In this document: positions 25,977 to 36,406 of the stretch, one piece after another
Numbering within the stretch: the stretch's first letter is position 1
Layout of the letters: each line of letters starts with the position of its first letter
Source of the DNA: Candidatus Omnitrophota bacterium
Lineage (GTDB): Bacteria; Omnitrophota; Gorgyraeia; Zapsychrales; Fredricksoniimonadaceae
Assembly: GCA_028870995.1 (NCBI GenBank)
Contig: JAGWOI010000004.1
Coordinates: 17,578 to 81,577, forward strand
DNA length: 64,000 bases
Reading direction: 5' to 3'
Translations under genes and position numbers: made by a program
The notes under the pieces: model-generated
What the model saw: the letters and a program-made list of their open reading frames with translations, nothing else
Told to the model about the DNA's origin: nothing
The model's database searches: none

Positions 25977-28247
25977 ATGAAGCTTGAACACCTCAATGAG
26001 ATCAAGGGCATTGTGATCTTGGGCTTTAGCCTTATTTTGCTGGCTAGCCTGGTGTCCTTCACTCCGATAGACCTTTCCTGGTTTACTTCAAGACCTAACG
26101 ACCCTGTCCACAACTGGATCGGCATTGCCGGCGCTTACGCTGCCGGCATCTTTTTTTTCATGGTCGGTTACAGCGCCTATTTTCTGGTGGGCATCGGCAT
26201 CTTTTTCAGCTGGAACAAATTCACCTCGCGCGATCTGCCTTTTAATTTCTTTAAGTTCTTAAGCATCCTGATCCTGTTCATTGTGGCCGCCGGCCTGTTC
26301 AGTTTTTTTGCAGGCGGCAATGCCGGCGCCGGTTTTATCAACGGAGGGGTCATCGGCGACGTGTTCAGCGGTTTTCTGGTGAAGTATTTCCAGCCGCTGG
26401 GCGCCTTGATCATCCTGTTTACGCTGGGTGCGCTGGCCCTGGTCGTGGCGGGGGAATTCCTGGTGTCACCGTTCTTTGTTTGGCTGGGCAGAAGTGTTTG
26501 GGGCTTCATCCAGCGGGCTTCTAAATTGGTGCCTGCTTCTGCCGTGCCCTCCGCCAACAAGCCGGCGGCTAAAATGGCCAGAAAACCGGTGCAGGAAGCC
26601 GATGAGGACGATGCGCCTGCGGGGCTCAATGAGGAAATAAAAGAAAAATTATTCAGAAGCACGGTGCAGCCTACGCCATTGGCCCAGCAGCCCGCAGCGT
26701 CTAAACCGGCCCCTGCGGCGGCCGCCAAGCCAAATATCCATATCGTCGCACCGCCTAAAACCGAAGTTCCGGCCGATGCCCCCAAACCCGAGCCGAAAGT
26801 GGTCGGGGAATATCATTTGCCCGCGGTCGACCTGCTCAATGATCCGCCGCCGGTTTCCAATACTAAGGTACAGGAAAACCTGATGAACGGTGCCAAGATC
26901 CTGGAAGAGACGCTGGCCGATTTCGGGGTCAATGTCAAGGTGGTGGACATCGAGCGCGGTCCGGTGATCACCCGTTATGAATTACAGCCCGCCCCCGGCG
27001 TCAAGATCCAGAGCATCGCCAGTTTGTCTGATGACCTGGCCCTGGCCTTAAGCGCGCAGGCGGTGCGTATTTTAGCGCCCATCCCCGGCAAGAATCGGGT
27101 GGGTATCGAAGTGCCCAACGGCGCTTCCGCCGCCGTTTTCTTAAAAGATGTGCTGACCCAAGGCCGGGCGCGCCACAGCGATTCGAAACTGGACCTGGCC
27201 ATCGGCAAGGACACCTCCGGCCATCCGGTCATTTCGGACTTGTCGGACATGCCGCATCTTTTGGTTGCAGGGACCACGGGCAGCGGTAAAACCGTTTGCT
27301 TAAACAGCCTGATCATGTCCATTTTGTTTAAGGCCTCACCGTCCGAGGTCAAGTTTATCATGATTGACCCCAAGATGGTGGAGATGATCCCTTATAATGA
27401 CCTGCCGCATTTACTCTGCCCGGTCGTCACGGACGCCAAGAAAGTCCCGGCCGCCCTGAATTGGGTGGTGATGGAGATGGAGAACCGCTATAAGACCTTA
27501 AGCAAGGAAGCGGTGCGCAATATCAAAGGCTATCACGCCAAAGGCCTGCAGATGCCTTATATTATCGTTGTCGTCGATGAATTGGCGGACCTGATGCAGA
27601 CCTCGGCCAAGGCCGTGGAAGGGGCGATCACCCGTCTGGCCCAGTTGGCCCGCGCTGTGGGCATCCATTTGATCCTGGCCACGCAGCGCCCGTCGGTGGA
27701 TGTTATTACCGGTGTCATCAAGGCCAATTTCCCGTCGAGAATTTCATTTAAAGTGGCCTCCAAGGTGGATTCCCGCACGGTCCTCGACACCAACGGCGCC
27801 GAAACTCTGCTCGGCAAGGGAGACTTCCTTTTTATGAGGACCGGTGATCCCAAGCCGCTGCGCGGCCAGTGCTGCTATGTGTCGGACGAAGAGATCAACC
27901 GGGTCATAGATTTTATTAAAAAACAGGGGCAGCCGGAGTATAATGAGAGCGTTCTTAAACCTCAGCCGGCCGCCGGCGGCGGCTCCATGGAAGAGAAGGA
28001 TGAAATGTATGACGAGGCCGTGCGGGTGGTGATCGAGACCAACCAGGCTTCGGTGACGATTTTGCAGCGACGCCTGCGCCTGGGCTACGGCCGCGCGGCG
28101 CGGTTGGTCGACATGATGGAACAAAACGGCATTGTGGGCCCGTATGCCGGCAGCAAGGCCAGGGACATCCTGGTGGACCGCGAAAAATGGCTTTTAGAAA
28201 ACATGGGGGAAGCAAAGACCGATGTCGTCGATGGACAGCAACAATAG
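25977..28247 (+). CDS. ftsK: DNA translocase FtsK
   Basis: N-terminal TMs, MPHLLVAGTTGSGK, ATQRPSVDV, gamma domain LQRRLRLGYGRA. Confidence 0.97.
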   Translation: MKLEHLNEIKGIVILGFSLILLASLVSFTPIDLSWFTSRPNDPVHNWIGIAGAYAAGIFFFMVGYSAYFLVGIGIFFSWNKFTSRDLPFNFFKFLSILILFIVAAGLFSFFAGGNAGAGFINGGVIGDVFSGFLVKYFQPLGALIILFTLGALALVVAGEFLVSPFFVWLGRSVWGFIQRASKLVPASAVPSANKPAAKMARKPVQEADEDDAPAGLNEEIKEKLFRSTVQPTPLAQQPAASKPAPAAAAKPNIHIVAPPKTEVPADAPKPEPKVVGEYHLPAVDLLNDPPPVSNTKVQENLMNGAKILEETLADFGVNVKVVDIERGPVITRYELQPAPGVKIQSIASLSDDLALALSAQAVRILAPIPGKNRVGIEVPNGASAAVFLKDVLTQGRARHSDSKLDLAIGKDTSGHPVISDLSDMPHLLVAGTTGSGKTVCLNSLIMSILFKASPSEVKFIMIDPKMVEMIPYNDLPHLLCPVVTDAKKVPAALNWVVMEMENRYKTLSKEAVRNIKGYHAKGLQMPYIIVVVDELADLMQTSAKAVEGAITRLAQLARAVGIHLILATQRPSVDVITGVIKANFPSRISFKVASKVDSRTVLDTNGAETLLGKGDFLFMRTGDPKPLRGQCCYVSDEEINRVIDFIKKQGQPEYNESVLKPQPAAGGGSMEEKDEMYDEAVRVVIETNQASVTILQRRLRLGYGRAARLVDMMEQNGIVGPYAGSKARDILVDREKWLLENMGEAKTDVVDGQQQ

Positions 28248-29058
28248 CGTCAAGCCTTCTGTTTTAAAGGACACCCGGGAATCCAAGGGCCTGACCCTGG
28301 AGATCGTGCATGAAGCCACCAAGATCCCCCTGGATGCCTTGAAGGCGATTGAGGAAGGCTATTCCTCGCGCATTTTGTCGCCCTTTTATTACCGGGGCTT
28401 CATTAAAATTTATTCCGAGTTTTTAGGCTTGGATGTTAAGGAGATATACCGGCAGTACGGCGTTGACCAGCCGGCCAATCAGCCGGCCGCCACACCGACT
28501 TCACGCAAACCGGCTGCCGGAGGGGCCCAGCCCAACCTTTTTCTCGAACAAACGCAGGATTGGATAGGCGTCTTGTTGAAACCCAAAAATCTCCAGGCGG
28601 CCGGCAAGGTTATCGCATTTTTAGTGTTGTTCTTTCTGCTTTTTAAGGCGGGTGGTTGGGTGGCCGGACACCTGCACCAAAAAGCCGCGGCCAAAAGGGT
28701 GATTGTCCATAAGAATGCCCGTGAAACTCTGCCGTTGAGGGCAACGGCCGCGCCGGTTGCGGCCAGGCACACGATGGTGGCCGCTCCCAGCCGCAATCGA
28801 AAGGCGGAAGTGGCGGTCAGGGCCTCGAGGAATGTCTGGCTTCGCGTCAAGACCGACGGTACGGTCGTTTTTGAGACGGTTTTGCGCAAGGGGTCGCTGG
28901 AAACCTGGACAGCCAAGGACAAGATCGAGATGTCGGGCAGGGACTTGCAGCGCCTGGATATGGAGATCAACGGTAAGCATGTGGGCTTTTTGGGCGGCGG
29001 CGGCCGCCGGATCAGCTGGGTGGTCATTACGCCCGAAGGATTGACGGTTAAAAAATAA
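28222..29058 (+). CDS. rodZ: RodZ-like HTH/TM/DUF4115 protein
   Basis: HTH (ALKAIEEG..YYRGFIKIY), TM, WLRVKTDG; ftsK-rodZ-rimO synteny. Confidence 0.8.
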   Translation: MSSMDSNNSVKPSVLKDTRESKGLTLEIVHEATKIPLDALKAIEEGYSSRILSPFYYRGFIKIYSEFLGLDVKEIYRQYGVDQPANQPAATPTSRKPAAGGAQPNLFLEQTQDWIGVLLKPKNLQAAGKVIAFLVLFFLLFKAGGWVAGHLHQKAAAKRVIVHKNARETLPLRATAAPVAARHTMVAAPSRNRKAEVAVRASRNVWLRVKTDGTVVFETVLRKGSLETWTAKDKIEMSGRDLQRLDMEINGKHVGFLGGGGRRISWVVITPEGLTVKK

Positions 29059-29059
29059 G

Positions 29060-30361
29060 ATGATGAGGACAACTAAGGATTTCCAAAAGGAACGCCTTAG
29101 CGCCGGCCAAAAGGTCGGCGTTATTAATTTAGGCTGCGCCCGCAATCTCGTGGACGCCCAGATGATGCTGGGCCGTCTCAAGAAGAACGGGCACCGCATT
29201 GTCGAAGCAGACCAGGCCCAGACGGTCATCGTCAACACCTGTTCTTTTATCGAGGAGGCGCGGCGGGAGTCCGTTGACACCATCCTCGATTTGATCGAAT
29301 TGAAAAAAAACGGCAAGATCAAAAAGGTGATCGTGGCCGGCTGCCTGAGCCAGCGCTACGGCAAGGATTTGGCCAAGGAATTCCCCGAAGTTGATGCCTT
29401 TGTGGGCACGCCAACCTTGAACCGCCAGGAAAACCCCCAGCAGGTGCAGCTTACTCCTAAACATTTCGCCTATGTCAAAATATGCGAGAGCTGTTTTAAT
29501 GCCTGCTCGTTTTGCGCCATCCCCAAGATCAAGGGGAAATTCGTCTCGCGTACCATCGAATCCGTTGTCAAGGAAGTCCAGGCCCTAGATGCCCAGGGCG
29601 TCAAGGAAATCAATATCATCGGCCAGGACATCACGGCTTACGGCATGGATATTTACCGCGAGAAATCGCTGGCCAGGCTGCTCAAAGAGCTGGTCAAGGT
29701 GACCCGGAACATCGAGTGGATCCGGCTGCTGTATGCCTTTCCCGCCCATGTCACCGATGAGCTTATCGAGACCATGGCCCGGGAGCCTAAGATCTGCAAA
29801 TACATCGACATGCCCCTGCAGCACATCAGCGATCATATCCTTGAGGAGCAGAACCGCAATATCACCGCTCAAGGGACCATGGAACTCATCCGCAAGATCC
29901 GCCAGGCCATGCCGCAGGGCTTTTTGCGCACCACCTTTATTACCGGGCTGCCGGGTGAAAGCGAGAAGGATTTTGGGCAGCTGCGCTCTTTTGTGAAAGA
30001 TTTCCGTTTTGAACGGGTCGGCGTTTTCGTTTATTCCCGGGAAGAGGGTACTGGGGCTGCGCAAATGAAGGAGCAGGTGCCCGAAAAAACCAAAAAAGCC
30101 CGTCTGGATGTCCTCATGCAGGACCAGCAGGTCATTTCGGCCGGGATCCAACAGTCCTTTGTGGGGCGTACTTTAAAGGTGCTTATCGAAGAGAAGGAAA
30201 ATGGCAGCCTGGAAACCTATATCGGCCGCAGCGAGTATGACGCGCCGGATGTGGACGGGGTGGTCTATGTGCGTTCGAACAAAGAGCTTAAGGCCGGCGA
30301 CTTTGTATCCGTTAAGATCACCGATGCCTATGAATATGATTTAGCCGGAGTAGTGGCATGA
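29060..30361 (+). CDS. rimO: Ribosomal protein S12 methylthiotransferase
   Basis: LGCARNLVD, NTCSFI, CxxxCxxC, DAPDVDG TRAM domain. Confidence 0.95.
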   Translation: MMRTTKDFQKERLSAGQKVGVINLGCARNLVDAQMMLGRLKKNGHRIVEADQAQTVIVNTCSFIEEARRESVDTILDLIELKKNGKIKKVIVAGCLSQRYGKDLAKEFPEVDAFVGTPTLNRQENPQQVQLTPKHFAYVKICESCFNACSFCAIPKIKGKFVSRTIESVVKEVQALDAQGVKEINIIGQDITAYGMDIYREKSLARLLKELVKVTRNIEWIRLLYAFPAHVTDELIETMAREPKICKYIDMPLQHISDHILEEQNRNITAQGTMELIRKIRQAMPQGFLRTTFITGLPGESEKDFGQLRSFVKDFRFERVGVFVYSREEGTGAAQMKEQVPEKTKKARLDVLMQDQQVISAGIQQSFVGRTLKVLIEEKENGSLETYIGRSEYDAPDVDGVVYVRSNKELKAGDFVSVKITDAYEYDLAGVVA

Positions 30362-30897
30362 ATTTACCCAATACCCTGACCCTTTCACGCATTGTTTTGG
30401 CGGCCGTGCTGGTCTTGCTTTTGCACGAGCGTTCCTTGACCGGCAATATCTGGGCGGTCATTGTCTTTGTGATCGCCTCATTGACGGATTTCTTTGACGG
30501 CCACCTGGCCAAGACCAGGGGTGTCATCAGCGACTTCGGCAAGATCATGGACCCTATCGCCGACAAGGTGCTGATGTTGTCCGTATTTGCGGTCCTGGCC
30601 CATCTGGGCCAGATCGCCGCCTGGATGTTCATCGTGATTGCCGTGCGCGAAGTGGGAGTTACTCTCTACAGGCTCCAAGCCATGCGTCAGGGCTTGGTAT
30701 TGCCTGCCGAGAAGGCCGGTAAAATGAAGACCGTGGCCCAAATGATCGCGGTTTCGTCCTTGCTGTTATATCTCGTGGCCAGGCAGTTTGAAGGTGTCTT
30801 GAACTGGTGGGCTCAAATCAATTACATTTTGATGCTGGCAGCCGTTGTATTAACTGTTTATTCAGGCATAGAGTGCTTGCGCCGCAAGAAGATATGA
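30358..30897 (+). CDS. pgsA: CDP-diacylglycerol--glycerol-3-phosphate 3-phosphatidyltransferase
   Basis: NLPNTLT, TDFFDGHLA, GKIMDPIADK. Confidence 0.95.
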   Translation: MNLPNTLTLSRIVLAAVLVLLLHERSLTGNIWAVIVFVIASLTDFFDGHLAKTRGVISDFGKIMDPIADKVLMLSVFAVLAHLGQIAAWMFIVIAVREVGVTLYRLQAMRQGLVLPAEKAGKMKTVAQMIAVSSLLLYLVARQFEGVLNWWAQINYILMLAAVVLTVYSGIECLRRKKI

Positions 30898-31349
30898 AAA
30901 ATTCATTGATGAAGGCTTTTGCAACCGTGTTGGGGGTCGGTTTCCTGCCGGCAGCTCCCGGCACCTGGGCCACGGCTGTGGGGATCGTGATTGCTTATTA
31001 TTCCAGCGCTAATGTGGTCATTTATACCGTCCTTCTTTTGGTCTTACTGGCTTTGGGCATTGTGGCCACAGGCCGGGTAGCCAAACAAATGGGACAGAAG
31101 GATCCGGGGTGCCTGTGCATTGACGAGGTGGTTGGGATCATGATCGCCTTATGGGGCCTGCCGCTTATGTGGTCCATTATGATCTGCGGATTTTTCTTGT
31201 TTAGGGCTTTTGATATGTTTAAAATATATCCCATTAACAGGCTTGAGGGCCTGCACGGCGGTTGGGGTATTATGCTTGATGACTGTATGGCAGGGGTATA
31301 TACTAATATTCTCTTGCGTATTGCCCTGCGATGCGCGGGTATCTTTTAA
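30894..31349 (+). CDS. pgpA: Phosphatidylglycerophosphatase A
   Basis: APGTW, KDPG..IDEVVG, FRAFD..K, GIMLDD. Confidence 0.94.
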   Translation: MKNSLMKAFATVLGVGFLPAAPGTWATAVGIVIAYYSSANVVIYTVLLLVLLALGIVATGRVAKQMGQKDPGCLCIDEVVGIMIALWGLPLMWSIMICGFFLFRAFDMFKIYPINRLEGLHGGWGIMLDDCMAGVYTNILLRIALRCAGIF

Positions 31350-31386
31350 GCAAGGATGACAAACACCAGTTGGGAGGGAAGTTACG

Positions 31387-32133
31387 ATGGAAAGCAGCAA
31401 TCCGACGTTAAATGAAAGAGCTTTTGGTGCCGCACGCGTAGGCATTGGCGAGCCGGCCATGACCATCCAGGGGACGGTTAATAAGACCTTGATTCTCCTA
31501 GGGATTTTGATGGCCTGCGCCATGTGGACTTGGAGTCAGGCTTATAATCCGGCCAGCCAGGGCCTGTTAAGCGGGGTATTTTTCGTGTCCATGATCGGCG
31601 GTCTTATATTGGCCGTGGCCACTTCTTTTAAACCCAAATGGTCGCCTATCACCGCTCCTTTGTATGCGGCATGCGAAGGCCTGCTTTTAGGGGTGCTTTC
31701 AGCTTATTTCGAAGCGCGTTATCCAGGCATTGTTATGCAGGCCGTGGGCCTGACCTTTGCCGTGACCTTAGCCATGCTCATGGGCTATAAATCAGGATGG
31801 CTTCAGGCCACACCTGGTTTGCGCAAGGGGTTGTTTATCGCCATGGGCGGTTTGATGATCTTTTATGTGGTCGTCTGGATCGCCTCCTTTTTCGGCATCC
31901 ACCCGCCGGGCTTCATCAATGGCGGCGGTCCCTTGGGCATCGCCTTCAGCTTGTTCGTGGTGGGCATTGCGGCTTTGTCCCTGGTTCTGGATTTCGATCT
32001 TATCGAGTCCGCCTGCCGCGAAGGCCTGGAAAGGTACATGGAATGGTATGGTGCCTTTGCCCTGATGGTGACCTTGATCTGGCTTTACATGGAAATCCTG
32101 CGCCTTTTGTCCAAACTCAACCGCAGGGATTAA
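31387..32133 (+). CDS. Bax inhibitor-1/YccA family membrane protein
   Basis: SSNP, MTIQGTVNKT, LDFD, LIWLYMEILRLL. Confidence 0.9.
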   Translation: MESSNPTLNERAFGAARVGIGEPAMTIQGTVNKTLILLGILMACAMWTWSQAYNPASQGLLSGVFFVSMIGGLILAVATSFKPKWSPITAPLYAACEGLLLGVLSAYFEARYPGIVMQAVGLTFAVTLAMLMGYKSGWLQATPGLRKGLFIAMGGLMIFYVVVWIASFFGIHPPGFINGGGPLGIAFSLFVVGIAALSLVLDFDLIESACREGLERYMEWYGAFALMVTLIWLYMEILRLLSKLNRRD

Positions 32134-32146
32134 GAATCGCACAGTC

Positions 32147-32170
32147 AAAAAAGGGGACTGTCCCTTTTTT
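32147..32170. repeat. Palindrome family copy between convergent genes
   Basis: AAAAAAGGGGACTGTCCCTTTTTT. Confidence 0.75.
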
Positions 32171-32180
32171 GTTCCTATTT

Positions 32181-32846
32181 TTAGAGTTTCTTTTTGTTTA
32201 ATTCGTAGATGACATCGAGGATGATAAGCCCCGCGGCAATGAGGATCAAGGTCCAGGCATTATCATTGAGGGCTTTATGCTCGATGAACAGGCGGGTCTT
32301 CAGGTAAAAAACCACCAGCAGGATAAAAACCCAGAAAGCAGGTTTATGCTCCTTGCTTTTAAGCAGCCTGTTCAGGCTGAAAGGCCACTTTTCCCCCTTG
32401 GTATAAGGGATGAGGCTGGGAAGCATGGCCGGCACATGCCGGCAATAGTCGATATAGGCGTCCTTGAATTTGGCGGCGAGCATACCTTGTTCACCGTTGA
32501 TGGTGCGGTAGTATTGAAAGCTTAAGGCTAATAAAAGAAGGAGGCCCGCCGCGTGCTCGATCACCGGCGGGTTGCTTTTAAGGACCAGCATAAATCCAGC
32601 GGCGATCAGGAAGGTGCCGACATACAAGGGGTTGCGTACGAACGCGTAAGGTCCTGACGTGGTCAGCTTGTCGTTCTTGATGGCATAACCGTTGGACCAC
32701 AGGCGCAGCACGGTACCGGCGATGATAAAGCCTATGCCTGTTTTAAGGGAGGCTTCATCCAGCCAGCAGAAAAACAGAAAGAAAAAACCAAAAGGATAAA
32801 TAACGGCAAAACGGGGTTTTAGCCAGCGTTCCATGCGTTGATTCAT
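32181..32846 (-). CDS. Isoprenylcysteine carboxylmethyltransferase/PEMT family membrane protein
   Basis: LTTSGPYAFVRNPLY, Y..YCRHVP. Confidence 0.88.
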   Translation of the reverse strand: MNQRMERWLKPRFAVIYPFGFFFLFFCWLDEASLKTGIGFIIAGTVLRLWSNGYAIKNDKLTTSGPYAFVRNPLYVGTFLIAAGFMLVLKSNPPVIEHAAGLLLLLALSFQYYRTINGEQGMLAAKFKDAYIDYCRHVPAMLPSLIPYTKGEKWPFSLNRLLKSKEHKPAFWVFILLVVFYLKTRLFIEHKALNDNAWTLILIAAGLIILDVIYELNKKKL

Positions 32847-32865
32847 AAGCGGTCATTATACCTGA

Positions 32866-33330
32866 TTAAACGGACTTGGCCAGTATTTTTAAAGCGGTTT
32901 GGGCGGCTTGCTTTTTAACGGCGAGGCGGCTTCCTTTAAAAAGACACCTTTTGACAGTCGTTTTTTTGCCGGTACTTTGGGCGATAAACACAAGACCGAC
33001 AGGTTTGGCCGCGCTGCCGCCTCCGGGGCCGGCAATGCCGGTCACGCCTAATCCCACATCTGTTTTCAATATTTTACGTACCCCTTCAGCCATAGCTGCG
33101 GCCACCGCTGCGCTGACAGCGCCGTGTTTTACAAGCAAGCTGGAAGGGACCCGCAATGTTTTGGTTTTGGCGGCATTATCATAAGCGACCACCCCTAACA
33201 AGAAGAAGGCAGAAGCGCCCGCCGCATTGGTCAGGTTGTCGGCTATAAGGCCTCCGGTACAGGATTCGGCAATGGATAGGGTTTTACCGGTCTTCAGGAA
33301 TCGCCTCAGGATTTTTTGTTCGAGACCCAT
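32866..33330 (-). CDS. cinA: CinA C-terminal domain protein (NMN deamidase, PncC-like)
   Basis: AESCTGG, HGAVS, TGIAGPGGG, KPVGLV. Confidence 0.9.
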   Translation of the reverse strand: MGLEQKILRRFLKTGKTLSIAESCTGGLIADNLTNAAGASAFFLLGVVAYDNAAKTKTLRVPSSLLVKHGAVSAAVAAAMAEGVRKILKTDVGLGVTGIAGPGGGSAAKPVGLVFIAQSTGKKTTVKRCLFKGSRLAVKKQAAQTALKILAKSV

Positions 33331-33389
33331 ATTATTTATAGTATTGGGGTTAGAGATATTTACTACCATTATAGGGACGGGGAATTCGG

Positions 33390-33418
33390 TTGACAAGCCC
33401 TATATTAGAGCATATACT
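33390..33418 (+). promoter_or_regulatory. sigma70 promoter of the rib operon
   Basis: TTGACA, 17 nt, TATACT. Confidence 0.85.
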
Positions 33419-33468
33419 TTACTTCTTTAAGGAGGCTGCTTATTTAATTTTTAAGGAAGAGATAACCC

Positions 33469-34671
33469 ATGTTTAATTCCATTTCTGAAATTGTACAAGA
33501 TCTTAGAGCCGGCCGCATGGTCATCGTCATGGATGACGAAGGCCGGGAAAACGAAGGCGATCTGCTGATTGCCGCCCAATTTGTCACGCCCGAGGCCGTC
33601 AATTTTATGGCCAGGGAAGCCCGCGGTCTTATCTGCGTTCCCATGGAGGACGGCCGCCTCACGGACCTGGATCTGCATCCCATGAAGGAAGATATCCATT
33701 CCAAACACCAGCGCTGCAATACGGCGTGGACCGTGTCCGTGGATGCGGCATACGGCGTGACCACGGGGATCTCAGCCGCGGACCGCGCCAAGACCGTCAA
33801 AGTTCTTATCGATCCCAAGTCCACTCCGGCTGATCTGGTGACACCCGGCCATTTGTTTCCCTTGCGCGCCCGCCGGGGTGGGGTCCTGGTGCGTGCCGGA
33901 CATACGGAGGCGTCTGTTGATTTAATGCGCCTGGCGGATCTGTACCCGGCCGGGGTCATTTGCGAGATCATGAACGATGACGGGACCATGGCCCGAACCC
34001 AGGATTTGATCAAGTTTGCCCAGAAACATAAAATAAAGATTTGCACCATCGACAGCCTGATCGAGCACCGCCGCAAGACAGAAAAACTCGTCCAGCGGGT
34101 GGAAGAGGCCGCCTTGCCCACCGAATATGGGGATTTCAAGATGGTGGCGTATGAATCGCTGGTCGACGGGGTCATCCATGTCGCCCTGGTGAAGGGAACC
34201 ATCGACAGCGCCCAGCCGATCCTGGTGCGGGCCCAGTCGGAATGCCTGACCGGGGACGTGTTCGGCTCCCTGCGCTGCGATTGCAACAGCCAGCTTAAGG
34301 CTGCCATGAAGGCCATCAACGAGGCGGGCCAGGGTGTCGTGCTCTACATTCGCCAGCATGAAGGCCGCGGGATAGGCCTGGTCAACAAGCTAAAAGCCTA
34401 TAATTTGCAGGATGACGGCATGGATACCGTCGAGGCCAACCAGGCCCTGGGATTCGCGGCGGACTTGCGCGATTACGGCATCGGCGCGCAGATCCTGGTG
34501 GATTTGGGGGTCAAGCAGATCCAACTGCTGACCAACAATCCCCGTAAGATCGTCGGACTGGAAGGCTATGGCTTGACCGTCATCGAGCGCGTGCCCATTA
34601 AAATCCCTCATAATACGACCAACGAAAATTATTTAAAAGCTAAGAAGAACAAGCTGGGCCACATCCTTTAA
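33469..34671 (+). CDS. ribBA: Bifunctional DHBP synthase/GTP cyclohydrolase II
   Basis: [32 protein letters not shown]. Confidence 0.97.
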   Translation: MFNSISEIVQDLRAGRMVIVMDDEGRENEGDLLIAAQFVTPEAVNFMAREARGLICVPMEDGRLTDLDLHPMKEDIHSKHQRCNTAWTVSVDAAYGVTTGISAADRAKTVKVLIDPKSTPADLVTPGHLFPLRARRGGVLVRAGHTEASVDLMRLADLYPAGVICEIMNDDGTMARTQDLIKFAQKHKIKICTIDSLIEHRRKTEKLVQRVEEAALPTEYGDFKMVAYESLVDGVIHVALVKGTIDSAQPILVRAQSECLTGDVFGSLRCDCNSQLKAAMKAINEAGQGVVLYIRQHEGRGIGLVNKLKAYNLQDDGMDTVEANQALGFAADLRDYGIGAQILVDLGVKQIQLLTNNPRKIVGLEGYGLTVIERVPIKIPHNTTNENYLKAKKNKLGHIL

Positions 34672-34676
34672 GCCTT

Positions 34677-35135
34677 ATGGCTGCCGTCAAGAAAAATAAA
34701 AGCAACAAGCCTCCCCGCATCGGCATCGTGGCCTCAAGCTTCAACGATTTCATCACCAAGAGGCTGCTCCAAGCGTGTTTGTTGGAATTAAAGCTGGCGG
34801 GCGTCAACCAGGTCACCACGGTCTGGGTCCCCGGTGCCTTTGAGGCGCCCCTGGCCGCCCTGGCCCTGGCCCGGCGCAAGGATATCGACGGGGTCATTTG
34901 TTTGGGGGCCGTGCTGAGGGGGGAAACCTACCATTTCGATGTGGTGGCCAATGAAGCAGGGCGCGGGATCATGGAAGTGTCCCTGCGCACAGGCAAGCCG
35001 GTGATGATGGGGATATTGACCGCCGATACCGGTTCCCAGGCTGAGGGGCGTTCCAAACCTAAAGGCGGCAGCAATAAGGGGCGCGATTGCGCCCGTGCGG
35101 TCCTGGAAATGATTGCTCTTTTGAAAAATCTATGA
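34677..35135 (+). CDS. ribH: 6,7-dimethyl-8-ribityllumazine synthase
   Basis: [21 protein letters not shown]. Confidence 0.95.
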   Translation: MAAVKKNKSNKPPRIGIVASSFNDFITKRLLQACLLELKLAGVNQVTTVWVPGAFEAPLAALALARRKDIDGVICLGAVLRGETYHFDVVANEAGRGIMEVSLRTGKPVMMGILTADTGSQAEGRSKPKGGSNKGRDCARAVLEMIALLKNL

Positions 35136-35554
35136 GACGTCGCACCCTGGCGCGGGAACACGCCTTGAAAATCCTTTACCAGTTCGACATCACCAAGCGT
35201 CCGGTGGACGCGGTGGTTGATTCTTATTGGAAGGCGGAAGAGACCAAGGACGGGGAGATCATCACCTATGCCAACCTTTTGGTCCGCGGCGTCAATGGCC
35301 ATATTCAGGACATCGACCACAAGATTTCCGATTATGCCACCAATTGGCAGATCAAGCGCATGGCGATCATTGACCGCAATATCATGCGCATCGGTTTGTA
35401 CGAACTGCAGCACACCCAGGACATTCCCCCGAAGGTGGCCATCAATGAAGCGGTGGAACTGGCCAAAAAATACGGTGACCTTGAATCAAGCAAGTTCGTC
35501 AACGGCATCCTGGACAAGATCCACAAAAAAGAGATCGTCGAACGGCAGAATTAA
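35132..35554 (+). CDS. nusB: Transcription antitermination factor NusB
   Basis: [25 protein letters not shown]. Confidence 0.96.
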   Translation: MRRRTLAREHALKILYQFDITKRPVDAVVDSYWKAEETKDGEIITYANLLVRGVNGHIQDIDHKISDYATNWQIKRMAIIDRNIMRIGLYELQHTQDIPPKVAINEAVELAKKYGDLESSKFVNGILDKIHKKEIVERQN

Positions 35555-35584
35555 TTCCCTTCGTTGCAAATTCTGGAGGACGGC

Positions 35585-36406
35585 ATGCCCGGCAACGCAG
35601 ATCTTCATATCCACACGTATTTCTCCGACAGCACTGCATCGCCGCAGGAGGTGGCCGATGAGGCGAAGGCTGCCGGACTTTCCTGCATCGCCATCACCGA
35701 CCACGACATCATTGAAGGCGTAGCACCCGCCATTGAGGCGGCCGGGCCCCATGGGATCGAAGTTGTCCCGGGCATCGAACTTTCGTCGGAGTTCGAAAAC
35801 TGCGATATCCATATCCTCGGTTATTTCATCGATTATCAGAAGGGGCCGATGCTGGAAAGGATCGACACCTTTTTGAATGCCCGCATGGACCGCATGAAGC
35901 GGATGATCATGAATCTAAAGGGCGTCGGCGTCAATAATATCGAATTCGAAGAGGTCTGCGCCCTGACGCATTCCAGGGCGGTGGGCCGCTCCCATCTGGC
36001 CATGCTGCTGCAGCAAAAGGGCTGGGTCAATAACATCAAGGCCGCCTTTGAAAAATACCTGGGCCCCGGCTGTCCCGGCTATGCGCCCAAATACAAGCAA
36101 ACTCCTTTTGAAGCCATCGAGCTTATCCGCCGATCCGGCGGGGTGGCGGTGATGGCCCATCCGATGCTCACCCAAAAAGACGAATTGATCCCGCGCTTTG
36201 TAGCGGCAGGATTAAAAGGCCTGGAGGTCTATTATCCCAATACCATGGATGCGGTGGTGCAATTTTATGAACGCATCGCCCGGAAAAACGGTCTCATCGC
36301 TACCGGCGGTTCGGATGCGCACGGCAAGGCCAAGCCTTATACTTATATCGGCAAAAGAACCATACCAATGGAAGTTGTTGAGCAATTGCGGCAGGCCAAG
36401 GGATGA
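35585..36406 (+). CDS. PHP domain phosphoesterase (TrpH/YciV-like)
   Basis: DLHIHT..SD, AITDHD, AHP, TGGSDAHG; SD GGAGG. Confidence 0.92.
   Translation: MPGNADLHIHTYFSDSTASPQEVADEAKAAGLSCIAITDHDIIEGVAPAIEAAGPHGIEVVPGIELSSEFENCDIHILGYFIDYQKGPMLERIDTFLNARMDRMKRMIMNLKGVGVNNIEFEEVCALTHSRAVGRSHLAMLLQQKGWVNNIKAAFEKYLGPGCPGYAPKYKQTPFEAIELIRRSGGVAVMAHPMLTQKDELIPRFVAAGLKGLEVYYPNTMDAVVQFYERIARKNGLIATGGSDAHGKAKPYTYIGKRTIPMEVVEQLRQAKG

Noticed and set aside
33419-33468. FMN riboswitch
   Set aside because: Leader too short and lacks RFN conserved sequence
33444-34319. Long antisense ORFs (this 291-aa one, 38041-39015, 56917-57621 and similar)
   Set aside because: Shadow frames of well-identified + strand genes, with no motifs or SD
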